Source of the DNA: Candidatus Methylomirabilota bacterium
GTDB taxonomy: Bacteria > Methylomirabilota > Methylomirabilia > Rokubacteriales > CSP1-6
Assembly: GCA_046727415.1 (NCBI GenBank)
Contig: JBKPCO010000021.1
Location: forward strand, 34,052 to 98,051
DNA: 64,000 nt
Direction: 5' to 3'
A program made the translations under genes and the position numbers. The first letter of the stretch is position 1, and every line of letters begins with the position of its first letter. The notes under the pieces were generated by a model. That model was not told the DNA's origin and did not search any database. It worked only from the letters and a program-made list of their open reading frames with translations. Positions 8,426-18,300 of this stretch are shown here, one piece after another.

Positions 8426-10051
8426 TTAGAGCGGCCGGATCGGGCGCGACACCGCTCGGCTGAAGGTACAGTTCGGGACGACCGCCGAGTGCTTGCCGGG
8501 CCCGCCGGCGACGATGACCAACACGTCCTCCGGCGATGGCACCTGCGGCAGCAGCGCGTCGTCGTCGGTGATCGCGTGCATCCAGCGCGGCCAGTCCTGG
8601 ATACCCCACATGCCGCCGAGCTTGAGCGTACGAAGCGGAAGCCGCGCGTGCTCGAAGATGAATCGCTGGATGTCCTCGCGGCCGAGCCCGTCCTTCGCGA
8701 TCGTCTGCGCGTGCTCGGGACCAAGGACGATCAGGAGCTGACTCTGCGAGAAGTACCAGCCGACATTCGAGCCGAGCGACACCGACGTGTCGGCCACCGT
8801 CGCGAGAATGCCGGCGGCGGTCGTCGACACGTGATCGTTCACGTTGTGCGGCGGCTCGCCGCCGAACACCGTCACCATGCTGTTCTCGTGCAGGGGGCCC
8901 CAGGGCGCGTCCCGACGCTCGGCGATACAGTAGGAGAACTTCGCGGGGCTTCCCTGGGTCGCCATGTCGTGCCGGCCCGGCCAGGCGCCGCCGACGTTGA
9001 GCAAGATGAGGCGGATCGCCCGGCCGATCGTCGCGTTGGCGCGGAAGCCCGGGCCGAAGCAGCCGCTGCCGCCGTGCACGCCGAGCTCGTCCGCGATCGG
9101 GCCGTGCACGATCAGGAGCGGCGCGACCGAATGCGTCGTCGCCTGGACGCCGTACAGATTGAACGCGGGATCGAGCATCGCCTCGACCGCGGCCACGACG
9201 AGCGGGAAGGCCACCGGCTCACAGCCCGCCATGACGGCGTTGACGGCGAGCTTCTCGAGCGTCACCCGTCGCCAGAGTGGAGGCATCACGCCGAGCAAAC
9301 GGTCGGGCTGGGTGCCGCCGAGCATCGCTCGCACCCGCTCCTCGGTCGGCGGGACGATCGGCAGCCCGTCGCACCACTCGCGCTCGCAGAACGCGGCGAG
9401 AATGGCTTCGGGGGTATCGGGAATTGTAATTGTTGTAGCGGGGGCCTCGAGGCCGGCTTGGATCGAGGGTGGCCTGACAAAGGCGCGTGCCGGCTCCGAC
9501 ACGCCTGGGCTGCGGGTCGCGTCGGATTTGCGCAGCAGGGCTACCAGCTGGTCGACGGCTTGGCGCGCGCGGCGCGTGACGCCTTCGCTACGTTCGCCCC
9601 CGAGCGGATGCTCGAGCACGAGAAGCGGGAGCCCGGCGACGCCGAGGGCGCCGATCTCGCTCAGCGCGAGCCCCTGGAAGACGGTGGTGGTGATGACCCC
9701 GGCGGGCGTGCCCGCCTTCGCCAGCTCGATGGCGTCGTGGAGACTCCACGACGTGCACGACCCTCAGTCGGCCGAGCCCGCGAAGACGACGTCGCAGTCC
9801 TTGGCGAGTCCGGCGACGATCTCCGGCGCGGCCGGCGTCGCCGCGTTCGCCTTGCGGCGGCGAATGATCGACTTGACGCCGTGCTCGGCGGAGAGCAGCG
9901 CGCCGATCTCGTCGGCGAGCCGATCGAAGTTCGCCTTCCTGTTGTCGAGAAAGCCGACGGTCAGGCCGGCCAGCGACGGGGGCAGCGGCGGCGCGCTCGC
10001 CGTGTCGCCGCCGGCGATGCCGACCGGGCTGAGGACGCGAATCAAAGTCAT
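8426..10051 (-). CDS. Candidate selenoprotein of the UGSC-motif type, fused in-frame to a roughly 440-aa conserved domain. The in-frame TGA at 9764..9766 would be read as Sec.
   Basis: ORF 9764..10051 (95 aa) ends at a TGA, but the same frame continues without a stop into ORF 8426..9619. The junction reads ...CDVVFAGSAD-U-GSCTSWSLHD, which is a U-G-S-C redox-like motif. A 10-bp-stem hairpin (CGTCGTGGAG-t-CTCCACGACG, 9733..9753) starts 11 nt 3' of the UGA, which is bacterial-SECIS-like geometry. Downstream translation is protein-like, not Arg-rich junk. Confidence 0.45.
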
Positions 10052-10266
10052 GAGGGTCTCCGTGTGATCCCTGTGGATCGGGCGAGGAGGCGCCCGAGGT
10101 TTTCGTGCAACTCGGCGAGGACCGAGCGCTTGATGGAGACGGACACCGACTCCACCGGCTCGCGACTACCAACGCGGTGAATCACCAGCGTGCCGTCGAA
10201 CTGCTCGGCGCGCTCGTCGGTGGCCGCCAGCCCTCTCAGTGTCAGAACTTCCCAGCTCTCCGCCAT
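10048..10266 (-). CDS. Hypothetical small protein (72 aa), possibly translationally coupled to the selenoprotein gene.
   Basis: ATG at 10266. Its stop overlaps the downstream ATG (ATGA). The composition is acceptable, but its start is only 18 bp from the divergent FGGY kinase start, so it may be spurious. Confidence 0.3.
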   Translation of the reverse strand: MAESWEVLTLRGLAATDERAEQFDGTLVIHRVGSREPVESVSVSIKRSVLAELHENLGRLLARSTGITRRPS

Positions 10267-10284
10267 GGGGGCTATCTTAGCTCA

Positions 10285-11727
10285 ATGGTCATTGCGCTCG
10301 ACGTCGGTACGTCGTCTGTCCGCGCCGGGTTCTACGACGGAGCCGGCCGGGCGATCGCGGGGCGCTCGCACCAGGTGGCCCACGCGCCGACCGTCACGCC
10401 GGATGGCGGCGTCGAGTACGATGCGACACGTCTGCTGGACGGGGTCGTCGCGTGCCTCGACGCGATTCACCCCAATCGGCCTCCCGAGGAGACCCGGGCG
10501 GTCGGCGTGGCGACATTCTGGCATGGACTCCTGGGCTTCGACGCCGGCGGACATCCGATCACACCCGTCTACATGTGGGCCGACACCCGGAGCGAGGGCG
10601 AAGCCCAGCTCCTCCGCGCCGCGCTGGACGACGAGGCGTTACACGCGCGCACCGGCTGCCATCTACACTCCTCGTACTGGCCGGCCAAGCTGCGCTGGCT
10701 CGCGCGCGAGCGCCCCGCCGAGGTCCAGCGCGTCTCACGATGGGGTTCGTTCGGCGAGTTCCTCGAGCTCTCGCTGTTCGGTGACGCCACGACGAGCGTG
10801 TCGATGGCCTCCGGTACCGGGCTCCTGGATCAGACCAGGGTTCGCTGGGATCCCGAGGCGCTGGCGGCCGCCGAGCTCGAGGATCGCCATCTCTTCCCGA
10901 TCGCCGCTCGCACCGAAGCGCGCCATGGACTGCGCGCACCATGGGCAGGTCGATGGCCGGCGCTCAGAACCGCGAGCTGGTTTCCCGCAATCGGCGACGG
11001 TGCGGCAAGCAACATCGGCTCCGACTGCGTCGATCCCGCGCGCGTAGCCCTCAACGTGGGTACGTCCGCGGCGCTCAGAGTCGTCATTCGCGACAGTCCC
11101 ACGCCGCCCCGCGGTCTCTGGCGCTACCGCGTGGACCGCAACCGGTCCGTCATCGGGGGCGCGACGTCGGAGGGCGGCAACGTTTTCGCCTGGTGCCGGC
11201 GGGTATTGCGTCTCGGCGACGACGACGAGGTCGAAGCCGCGCTCGCGACGCTGGCGCCCGACGCGCACGGCCTCACGGTGCTGCCCCATCTGGCTGGCGA
11301 GCGATCGCCCGGGTGGCGCGACGGGCGGCACGGAACGATCAGCGGGCTCCGCATCGACACAACCGCGGTCGAGATCACGCGCGCGGCCCTCGAGGCTGTG
11401 GCGCTGCGGCTGGCGGTGGTCTATGGCCTCCTGGTCCCGTTCGCGTCCGCCGATCACACCGTGGTCGCCTCCGGCGGCGCGCTGGGCCGCTCGCGGACGT
11501 GGACCCAGATCATCGCCGACGCCGTCGGCCACCCCGTGACGTGGTCGGCGGAGACGGAGGCGACGAGCCGCGGCGCCGCACTGCTCGCGCTCGAGGCGCT
11601 CGGCGTTTTGCCCGATCTCGCCGCCGCCCGGCAGACGCTGGGGGAAACGTTCACGCCCGACCGTGCTCATCACGCGCGCTTCCGCGATGCGATCGAGCGG
11701 CAGCGTCGCTTCGACGAGAGGGTATGA
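10285..11727 (+). CDS. FGGY-family carbohydrate kinase (gluconokinase/xylulokinase-like).
   Basis: The N-terminus is MVIALDVGTSSVRAGFYD, and the FGGY N- and C-domains are present (GTSAALRVV, GGATSEGGNVF, VVASGGALGRS). It sits upstream of pgl-zwf. Confidence 0.85.
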   Translation: MVIALDVGTSSVRAGFYDGAGRAIAGRSHQVAHAPTVTPDGGVEYDATRLLDGVVACLDAIHPNRPPEETRAVGVATFWHGLLGFDAGGHPITPVYMWADTRSEGEAQLLRAALDDEALHARTGCHLHSSYWPAKLRWLARERPAEVQRVSRWGSFGEFLELSLFGDATTSVSMASGTGLLDQTRVRWDPEALAAAELEDRHLFPIAARTEARHGLRAPWAGRWPALRTASWFPAIGDGAASNIGSDCVDPARVALNVGTSAALRVVIRDSPTPPRGLWRYRVDRNRSVIGGATSEGGNVFAWCRRVLRLGDDDEVEAALATLAPDAHGLTVLPHLAGERSPGWRDGRHGTISGLRIDTTAVEITRAALEAVALRLAVVYGLLVPFASADHTVVASGGALGRSRTWTQIIADAVGHPVTWSAETEATSRGAALLALEALGVLPDLAAARQTLGETFTPDRAHHARFRDAIERQRRFDERV

Positions 11728-11734
11728 TCTAACC

Positions 11735-12490
11735 ATGGCATCGGACGCCAACCTGACCGTATGCGCAGACCCAGCCACGCTTGCCGAGACAGCAGCCCAC
11801 CTGATCGTCGACGCCGCCACCGACGCGGTGAGAACGCGCGGGCGCTTCCTGTTCTGCCTGGCCGGCGGGGAAACCCCGCGCGAGACGTACAAGCACCTTG
11901 CACTCCCGGCGTTCAGCGAGCGTGTGCGCTGGGACCGGACGTGGATCTTCTTCGGTGACGAGCGCGCCGTGCCGCCGGATCATCCCGAATCGAACTACCG
12001 GATGGCCTACGAGACCTTGCTGTCGAAGGTACCCGTTCCCGAGAATCAGGTCTTTCGCATGCGCGGCGAGCAGAGCGATGCCGACGGCGCGGCCGCCGCG
12101 TACGCGGCCGAGCTCGCCGCGGCCACCGGCACGAAGCGCGGTGAGCTCCCGCGATTCGACGTCGTGCTGCTCGGCCTCGGCATCGACGGTCACACCGCGT
12201 CCTTGTTTCCGGGCTCTCCGGTGCTTCGCGAGGTCTTCCGCACCGTCGCCGCCGTTCACGTCGCCGCGGCGCAGATCCCGCAGCGGCTGACGCTCACCTT
12301 CCCGGTCCTGAACGCCGCGGCGCGCGTCGTGTTCCTCGTGACCGGCCCCGAAAAGGCAAAGATCGTGCGGACCGTTCTGTCCGATCACGGCGGGCTGCCG
12401 GCGGCGCTCGTCCGGCCGATGGACGGCGAGCTCATCTGGCTCACCGATCGCGCGGCGGCGGCGCTCCACCCGGTGAGCCAGGCGCGCTAG
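11735..12490 (+). CDS. pgl: 6-phosphogluconolactonase.
   Basis: Pgl/NagB-fold motifs are present: FLFCLAGGETPRETY, DVVLLGLGIDGHTASLFPGSP and RLTLTFPVLNAARVVFLVTG. Confidence 0.85.
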   Translation: MASDANLTVCADPATLAETAAHLIVDAATDAVRTRGRFLFCLAGGETPRETYKHLALPAFSERVRWDRTWIFFGDERAVPPDHPESNYRMAYETLLSKVPVPENQVFRMRGEQSDADGAAAAYAAELAAATGTKRGELPRFDVVLLGLGIDGHTASLFPGSPVLREVFRTVAAVHVAAAQIPQRLTLTFPVLNAAARVVFLVTGPEKAKIVRTVLSDHGGLPAALVRPMDGELIWLTDRAAAALHPVSQAR

Positions 12491-12492
12491 CG

Positions 12493-13983
12493 ATGGCGAC
12501 CTTGACCGACGAGCCCTTCACACTGGTCATCTTCGGCGCCTCGGGCGACCTGACGCGGCGCAAGCTCGTGCCCGCGCTCTGGAGCCTCTACGCCGGCCGG
12601 ACACTGCCCGAGCCGTTCACCATCATCGGCAGCGCGCGGAGCGAGGTCGGGCCGGACGAGTTTCGTGTGCGCATGCGCGACGCCGTGCGCGAGTTCGCGC
12701 GCACGAAGCCGCCTTCGGCAAACGTCTGGGACCGCTTCGCCTCGTCCTTGTCCTATGTGGCCGGCGACCCCACCGATCCGGCCCTCTACGCCCGACTCGA
12801 AGGCACCCTGAAGAGCGTGGAGGGCGCCCGGCCCGGGCCTGCGAACCGGCTCTTCTATTTCGCGACGCCACCGAGTCTGTACGACGCCATCGTCACCAAC
12901 CTCGGCGCCTCCGGGCTCGCGGATCCGCGCGGGGGCTGGACACGCATCATCGTCGAGAAGCCGTTCGGGCACGACTACGAAAGCGCCCGCGCGCTCAACA
13001 GCCATCTGGGCAGCGTGTTTCGCGAGGACCAGATCTATCGGATCGACCACTACCTCGGGAAGGAGACCGTCCAGAATCTGCTGGTGCTGCGATTCGCCAA
13101 CGAGATCTTCGAGCCCCTGTGGAACCGTAACCACGTGGCGGAGGTCCAGATCACCGTCGCCGAGTCGATCGGCGTCGAGACCCGCGGCGCGTATTACGAG
13201 GAGGCGGGCGCGCTCCGCGACATGATGCAGAATCACCTGCTCCAGCTCCTGTGCCTCATCGCGATGGAGCCGCCCGTCACCTTCGACGCCAACCCGGTGC
13301 GCGACGAGAAGAACAAGGTGATGCAGGCCATCCGCCCGATCGACGCGCGCAAGATCGACGAGGTGGCGCTCCGCGGTCAGTACGGCCCGGGCTTCGCCGG
13401 GGGCAAGCCGGTCCCGGGATACCGGCAGGAGAAGGGCGTCGCGCCCGACTCGCGGACGGAGACGTACGCGGCGCTGCGGCTCACCGTCGACAACTGGCGG
13501 TGGGCGGGCGTGCCCTTCTATCTCCGGACGGGCAAGCGCATGGCCAAGCGCGTGAGCGAGATCGCGATCCGCTTCCACCGCACGCCGCACATGATCTTCC
13601 GCGGCGATTCGCCGGGGCTCGAGCCGAACGAGCTCGTGATCCGCATCCAGCCCGACGAGGGGATGGCGCTGACGGTTGCGGCAAAGACGCCCGGGCCCGA
13701 TCTCAACCTCGGCCCGGTGGGTCTGGACTTTCGCTACGGTGAGGTGTTCGGCGCCGAGCCGCCCGAGGCGTACGAGCGGCTCCTGCTCGACGCGGTGCAC
13801 GGCGACTCGACGCTCTACGCGCGCGCCGACTGGGTCGAAAAGGCCTGGGCGCTCCTCGGTCCCGTGCTCGACGCCTGGGCGCAGTCGTCGGCGCCGCCGC
13901 ATCTCTACGAAGCGGGATCGTGGGGACCGGCCGAAGCCGACCCGTTTATTTCCCGGGACGGGGGCGCCTGGAGACAGCCATAG
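12493..13983 (+). CDS. zwf: Glucose-6-phosphate 1-dehydrogenase.
   Basis: LVIFGASGDLTRRKL at the N-terminus, the active-site peptide RIDHYLGKE, and EKPFGHD. 496 aa. Confidence 0.9.
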   Translation: MATLTDEPFTLVIFGASGDLTRRKLVPALWSLYAGRTLPEPFTIIGSARSEVGPDEFRVRMRDAVREFARTKPPSANVWDRFASSLSYVAGDPTDPALYARLEGTLKSVEGARPGPANRLFYFATPPSLYDAIVTNLGASGLADPRGGWTRIIVEKPFGHDYESARALNSHLGSVFREDQIYRIDHYLGKETVQNLLVLRFANEIFEPLWNRNHVAEVQITVAESIGVETRGAYYEEAGALRDMMQNHLLQLLCLIAMEPPVTFDANPVRDEKNKVMQAIRPIDARKIDEVALRGQYGPGFAGGKPVPGYRQEKGVAPDSRTETYAALRLTVDNWRWAGVPFYLRTGKRMAKRVSEIAIRFHRTPHMIFRGDSPGLEPNELVIRIQPDEGMALTVAAKTPGPDLNLGPVGLDFRYGEVFGAEPPEAYERLLLDAVHGDSTLYARADWVEKAWALLGPVLDAWAQSSAPPHLYEAGSWGPAEADPFISRDGGAWRQP

Positions 13984-14061
13984 TCAACAATTCGTAGGCG
14001 CGCCTCGGCCGGCGGGGCCCAGCCCCGCGACGGCCTGCGGCGCGCACATCGGCCGGGGGCC

Positions 14062-14086
14062 GGGCCCCCGGCCGGGTCCAGAGGCG
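14062..14086. terminator. GC-rich palindromic hairpin between convergent genes, a bidirectional terminator candidate.
   Basis: GGCCGGGGGCC-g-GGCCCCCGGCC has an 11-bp stem and lies between the zwf stop and the convergent lipoprotein gene stop. Confidence 0.3.
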
Positions 14087-14103
14087 CCCGAGGAGCTCGG
14101 GCG

Positions 14104-14520
14104 TTAGCGGGGTGTCGTGGTGATGGCGTGCTGCATTGCGCGGCTCGCCGTCAGCTCGACAACCGTGTACCACCAGCCGTCGATCACGCGAACCTCCAGC
14201 GAGCTGCTGGCCTTCTCGTAGATCTGCGTGACGCCATGGTCGGAGACGGCAGTACTGCTGACATGGCGCCAGCCGTTGGCCTCGAGCGTGGTCCGCATGG
14301 CCGCGCTGAGGCTGTCGACTTCCAGGCGCCCCCGATACACGAGGCGGGCCGCCTTGACCGTCGGCGACTCGATGATCGTCGACTTGTCGGGCTGGTACGA
14401 GAGCCCCTTCGGAACCGGAATGTCTTCGAACTCACTCCGCGCCTGCTTGGGTGGGGCGGAGGCGCATCCGGCGGCGAACGCGAGGACGAGAAGCGCTGTG
14501 GTGATTGATTTAATGCTCAT
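14104..14520 (-). CDS. Hypothetical lipoprotein.
   Basis: Signal peptide with a lipobox (LVLAFAAGCASAP). 138 aa. Confidence 0.55.
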   Translation of the reverse strand: MSIKSITTALLVLAFAAGCASAPPKQARSEFEDIPVPKGLSYQPDKSTIIESPTVKAARLVYRGRLEVDSLSAAMRTTLEANGWRHVSSTAVSDHGVTQIYEKASSSLEVRVIDGWWYTVVELTASRAMQHAITTTPR

Positions 14521-14589
14521 GATCGGAGCCTAGCAGGCCGGTCGCGGGGTCACAAAAGAAATTGTCGTCCACGCACGACCGGTGGGGGC

Positions 14590-15348
14590 TCAGCCCAGGA
14601 CGGAATACCCCCCGTCCACGGGGATGGCGGTGCCGGTGACGAAGTCGGAGGCAGGGCTGGCCAGGAACACCGCGACCCCCGCCATGTCCTCCATCGTGCC
14701 CCAGCGTCCGGCGGGCGTGCGTCGGAGCACGTTGTCGTGCAGGTCCGTGACCTGCCGGCGGGCGGCTCGCGTCAGGTCCGTGTCGATCCAGCCGGGGAGC
14801 ACCGCGTTGACCTGGATGTTGTCCTTTGCCCACGCCGTGGCGAGCGATTTGGTCAACTGCACCAGCCCCCCCTTGCTCGGGCCGTAGGCCGGGGAAAACG
14901 AGACGCCGAAGATGGACATCATCGAGCCGATGTTGATGATCTTGCCGCCGCCGACCGCCTTCATGGGCGCGTAGGCGGCCCGGGAGCACAGAAACGCGCT
15001 GGTGAGGTTCGTGTCGAGCACGTGGTGCCAGTCAGCGAGAGTGTAGTCCTGGGGCTGCTTGCGAACGTTGGTCCCCGCGTTGTTGACGAGGATATCGAGG
15101 CGGCCGCACCGATCCTGCGTCGAGCGGATCAGCGCATTGACCGACGCCTCGTCGGCGACGTCGACCGCGATGGCGAGCGGCTGTCCGCCGAGCTTCTCGA
15201 GCTCGCGAACAGCGGCGTCGGATTTCGCCTGATTCCGCCCCGCCACGACGACGCGCGCTCCCGCACTTGCCAGGCCTCGAGCCATGCCGAGGCCGATGCC
15301 TCCATTGCCGCCGGTCACGATCGCGACTTTGCCCGTGAGATCGAACAT
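14590..15348 (-). CDS. SDR-family oxidoreductase.
   Basis: TGGNGGIGLG (Rossmann motif), NNAG, and the catalytic YxxxK (AYGPSK). 252 aa. Confidence 0.85.
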   Translation of the reverse strand: MFDLTGKVAIVTGGNGGIGLGMARGLASAGARVVVAGRNQAKSDAAVRELEKLGGQPLAIAVDVADEASVNALIRSTQDRCGRLDILVNNAGTNVRKQPQDYTLADWHHVLDTNLTSAFLCSRAAYAPMKAVGGGKIINIGSMMSIFGVSFSPAYGPSKGGLVQLTKSLATAWAKDNIQVNAVLPGWIDTDLTRAARRQVTDLHDNVLRRTPAGRWGTMEDMAGVAVFLASPASDFVTGTAIPVDGGYSVLG

Positions 15349-15368
15349 CGTCCCTCCCGGGCTCGATC

Positions 15369-18300
15369 TTACCCGAAGTCGTGGGACGGCACGTGATGGC
15401 CGAGCGCCGGAAGACCGCGCGCCCGCGCCGCGCGCACCGAGATGACGCCGTCCTGCCGCTGCGCGATTCCTTCCACGAGGAGGTACGGCTCGGCCACGAG
15501 CGCGAGGCGATGGCGGGCGAAGATCGGCGGCGTCACGATCACGTTGGCGATTCCCGTCTCGTCCTCGAGCGAGAGGAAGACGAAGCCCTTCGCGGTGCCC
15601 GGCCGCTGGCGGACGATGACGCTGCCGGCCACCTGGACTCGGGCGCCGTCGTGCACGCCCGCGAGCTCACGCGCGCTCAGCACGCCGGCGTGGCGGAGCG
15701 CCGCCCGCCGCAGCGCCATCGGGTGGCGGCCGAGCGTGACGCTGGTCCCGGCGTAGTCGGCGGCCAGGCGCTCGACCTCCGTCATCTCGCTCAAGGGGCT
15801 GAGCTCACGCGGCGGGTCCTCGAACAGCGGACCAGCCGACGACGCCGCCACCGTCCAGAGATTGGCGCGGCGGGTCCCGCCGAAGGGCGCGAGGGCGCCG
15901 ATCGCCGCGAGGGTTTCGAGCTCGTCGCGCTCGAGTCGCGCGCGCCGGGCCAGATCATGGACGGAGTCGAACGGCCGCGCGCGCCGGGCCGCCACCAGCG
16001 CGCGGCCGGCCGCCTCGCGAAGCCCCCGGACGTACCGTAATCCCAGCCGTACCGTGAGTCCGGTGTCGTCGGGCTCGATCACACACAGCCACTCCGAGCG
16101 CGTGACGTCGATGGGGCGGATGCGCAAACCATGGCGCTGCGCGTCCTTCACGATGGTGGCCGGATGATAGAAGCCCATCGGCTGGTTGTTGAGGAGCGCG
16201 GCGTAGAACGCAGCCGGATGGTGCACGCGCAGGTACGCGCTCGCGTAGGCGAGCAGCGCGAAGCTAGAGGCGTGGGAGTTGTGGACGACGAGGTCGTTGG
16301 CGAGGAAGTTGTGGTCGCCTTCGATGTGAAGATCGTATGTTTCCCGCGTGCCGACCGGATCGATCGACAGGACACGATCCCAGTACAGATCCGATTCGGC
16401 CACCCGAGCCAGCTCGGGAGAGTCGAAGTATCGAGCGAGCCTGGCCGCAACCCAGCGGCGATATCCTCGCTTGGATTCATTCGGCGACACGAGCTCCCGG
16501 AGCGCGACGCCGGCCCCATGGCCCACGTCGGCCCAGGTGGCCCCTCGATGGTGACGCTCGCGATCGATCACGGCTTTCACCGTCACCGGAACCACGACGC
16601 GTGATGCGCGCCGCTGAACGCCCTTCGTCGCCAAGTTTCTCACCCGTTGCCACTTGTCATGATCGAGAAACCGCCGAGCAATTCGCCGATCGAACCGCCG
16701 GAGGTTCTCCTGTCCGGTGATCGTGACGACGAAACTCGTGACGTGCCGACCCCGGTACGGACGCGAACGCGAGTACACCCGCGACACGATCCCGAGACGG
16801 AGGAGGAGATGCTGGATATCTTCGGCCAAGCGGCGCGAGGCCGTGTCATAGGACGCATGCCCAGCCCCTGAAATCGAGCCGTCGCCTTCCCAGAGTCGCG
16901 CCAGGAGCAGCGCGAGATCCACAGGACAGAGCTCGAAGACCTCCTCGGGTAGCCGCTTCGCTCGCGCGTTGGCGTCCCAGATGCCGAGCCGGCGAGCCCA
17001 TTGCACGGCCCCGATCGGTTTCGATGCGTCATGACGCCGGACATGCACGCTGTAGCAGCTTCCATGCCGGGCGATGGTGGCTCGTGTGTTGTCGAATTGC
17101 TGGACGGCGTCCACGAACTCGTCTCGATGCTGTGAGCTGGTCGTATAGAAATAGAACGTCGTGGGATGACACAGATTGCCTTCGGCGATGAGATCCGCCA
17201 GCACGATCAGCTGATGCCGGTGCCAGCGCCGGCGGCCTGACGCGGGAAGCCGACGAGCCGCCGCAATGTAATCTCCAACCTGGAGACTCGCCAGGCCTCG
17301 CCAACCGTGCATCGTGAGTAGAGGATGCTCGGCGGTCGCCATAATCTCCCGGCCAAGAGCGGTGCGAAGGCGATAGACCATCCGGGGCCCGCTCGATGTC
17401 GCCGCGAGCACGCGGCGCTTGCGCAACCGCATGCTGGCGTCGGATGCCAGCGTCTTCTCGACGCGCACTCGCCCGCTTACGATGTCTTCGATCGTCACCC
17501 AGCCCCCGGTATCGGCGTCGAGCACGCGCGTCTCACCAACGACACATTCAGGAAAGCCATACAGCGCGAAGGCGGTGATCGCGTGAACGATCTCCTCGGC
17601 GGCAGCGCCGTGGATCCCCTGCCGCGCCATCCCCGCCCGCAGCTTCGTCTCGACCTCGGCCATGAGACGCTCGCTCCGCTTGAAGCCGAACGCCCGGCGG
17701 AGCTCCTCGGCCTCCGTGGCCGTGAAGCCGGCCGTCACCATCGCCATGCGTAACAATTGCTCCTGGAACAGCGGCACGCCGAGGGTCCGGCGCAGGATCG
17801 GCTCGAGACTCGGATGGGGATACGTCACGGGCTCGCGGCCGCGGCGTCGCCGGATGTAGGGATGCACCATGTCGCCCACGATCGGCCCGGGGCGAATGAT
17901 CGCGACTTGCACGACGAGGTCATAGAACCGCTCGGGCCTCACGCGCGGGAGCGTCGCCATCTGGGCGCGGCTCTCGACCTGAAACACGCCGATCGTGTCG
18001 GCCTCCTGCAGGCTCTGGTACACGGCCGGATCGTCCGGCGGGAGTCGCGCCAGGTCGACGTCGCCGCCGGTCTCCCGCACGAGCGCCAGCGAGTCCTGGA
18101 TCACGGACATCATGCCGAGCCCGAGCAGATCGACCTTGACGATGCCGAGCCCCGCGCAGTCGTCCTTGTCCCACTGGACAACGACCCGGCCCGGCATGGT
18201 CGCGGGCTCGAGCGGCACCACGTCGTCGAGCCGGCCGGCGGCGATCACCATCCCGCCGGAGTGCTGGCCCAGATGCCGCGGCAGATCCTGGATTCGAGTC

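Noticed and set aside
6904-8724. 606-aa minus-strand ORF, along with similar long ORFs at 8186..10180, 17757..19754, 34676..37030, 37633..39528, 25132..27141, 12487..13902 and 2917..4152.
   Set aside because: These are extremely Arg/Gly/Pro/Asp-rich, low-complexity translations that lie antisense or off-frame to well-supported genes. That is the expected stop-codon-poor artefact of roughly 70% GC DNA.
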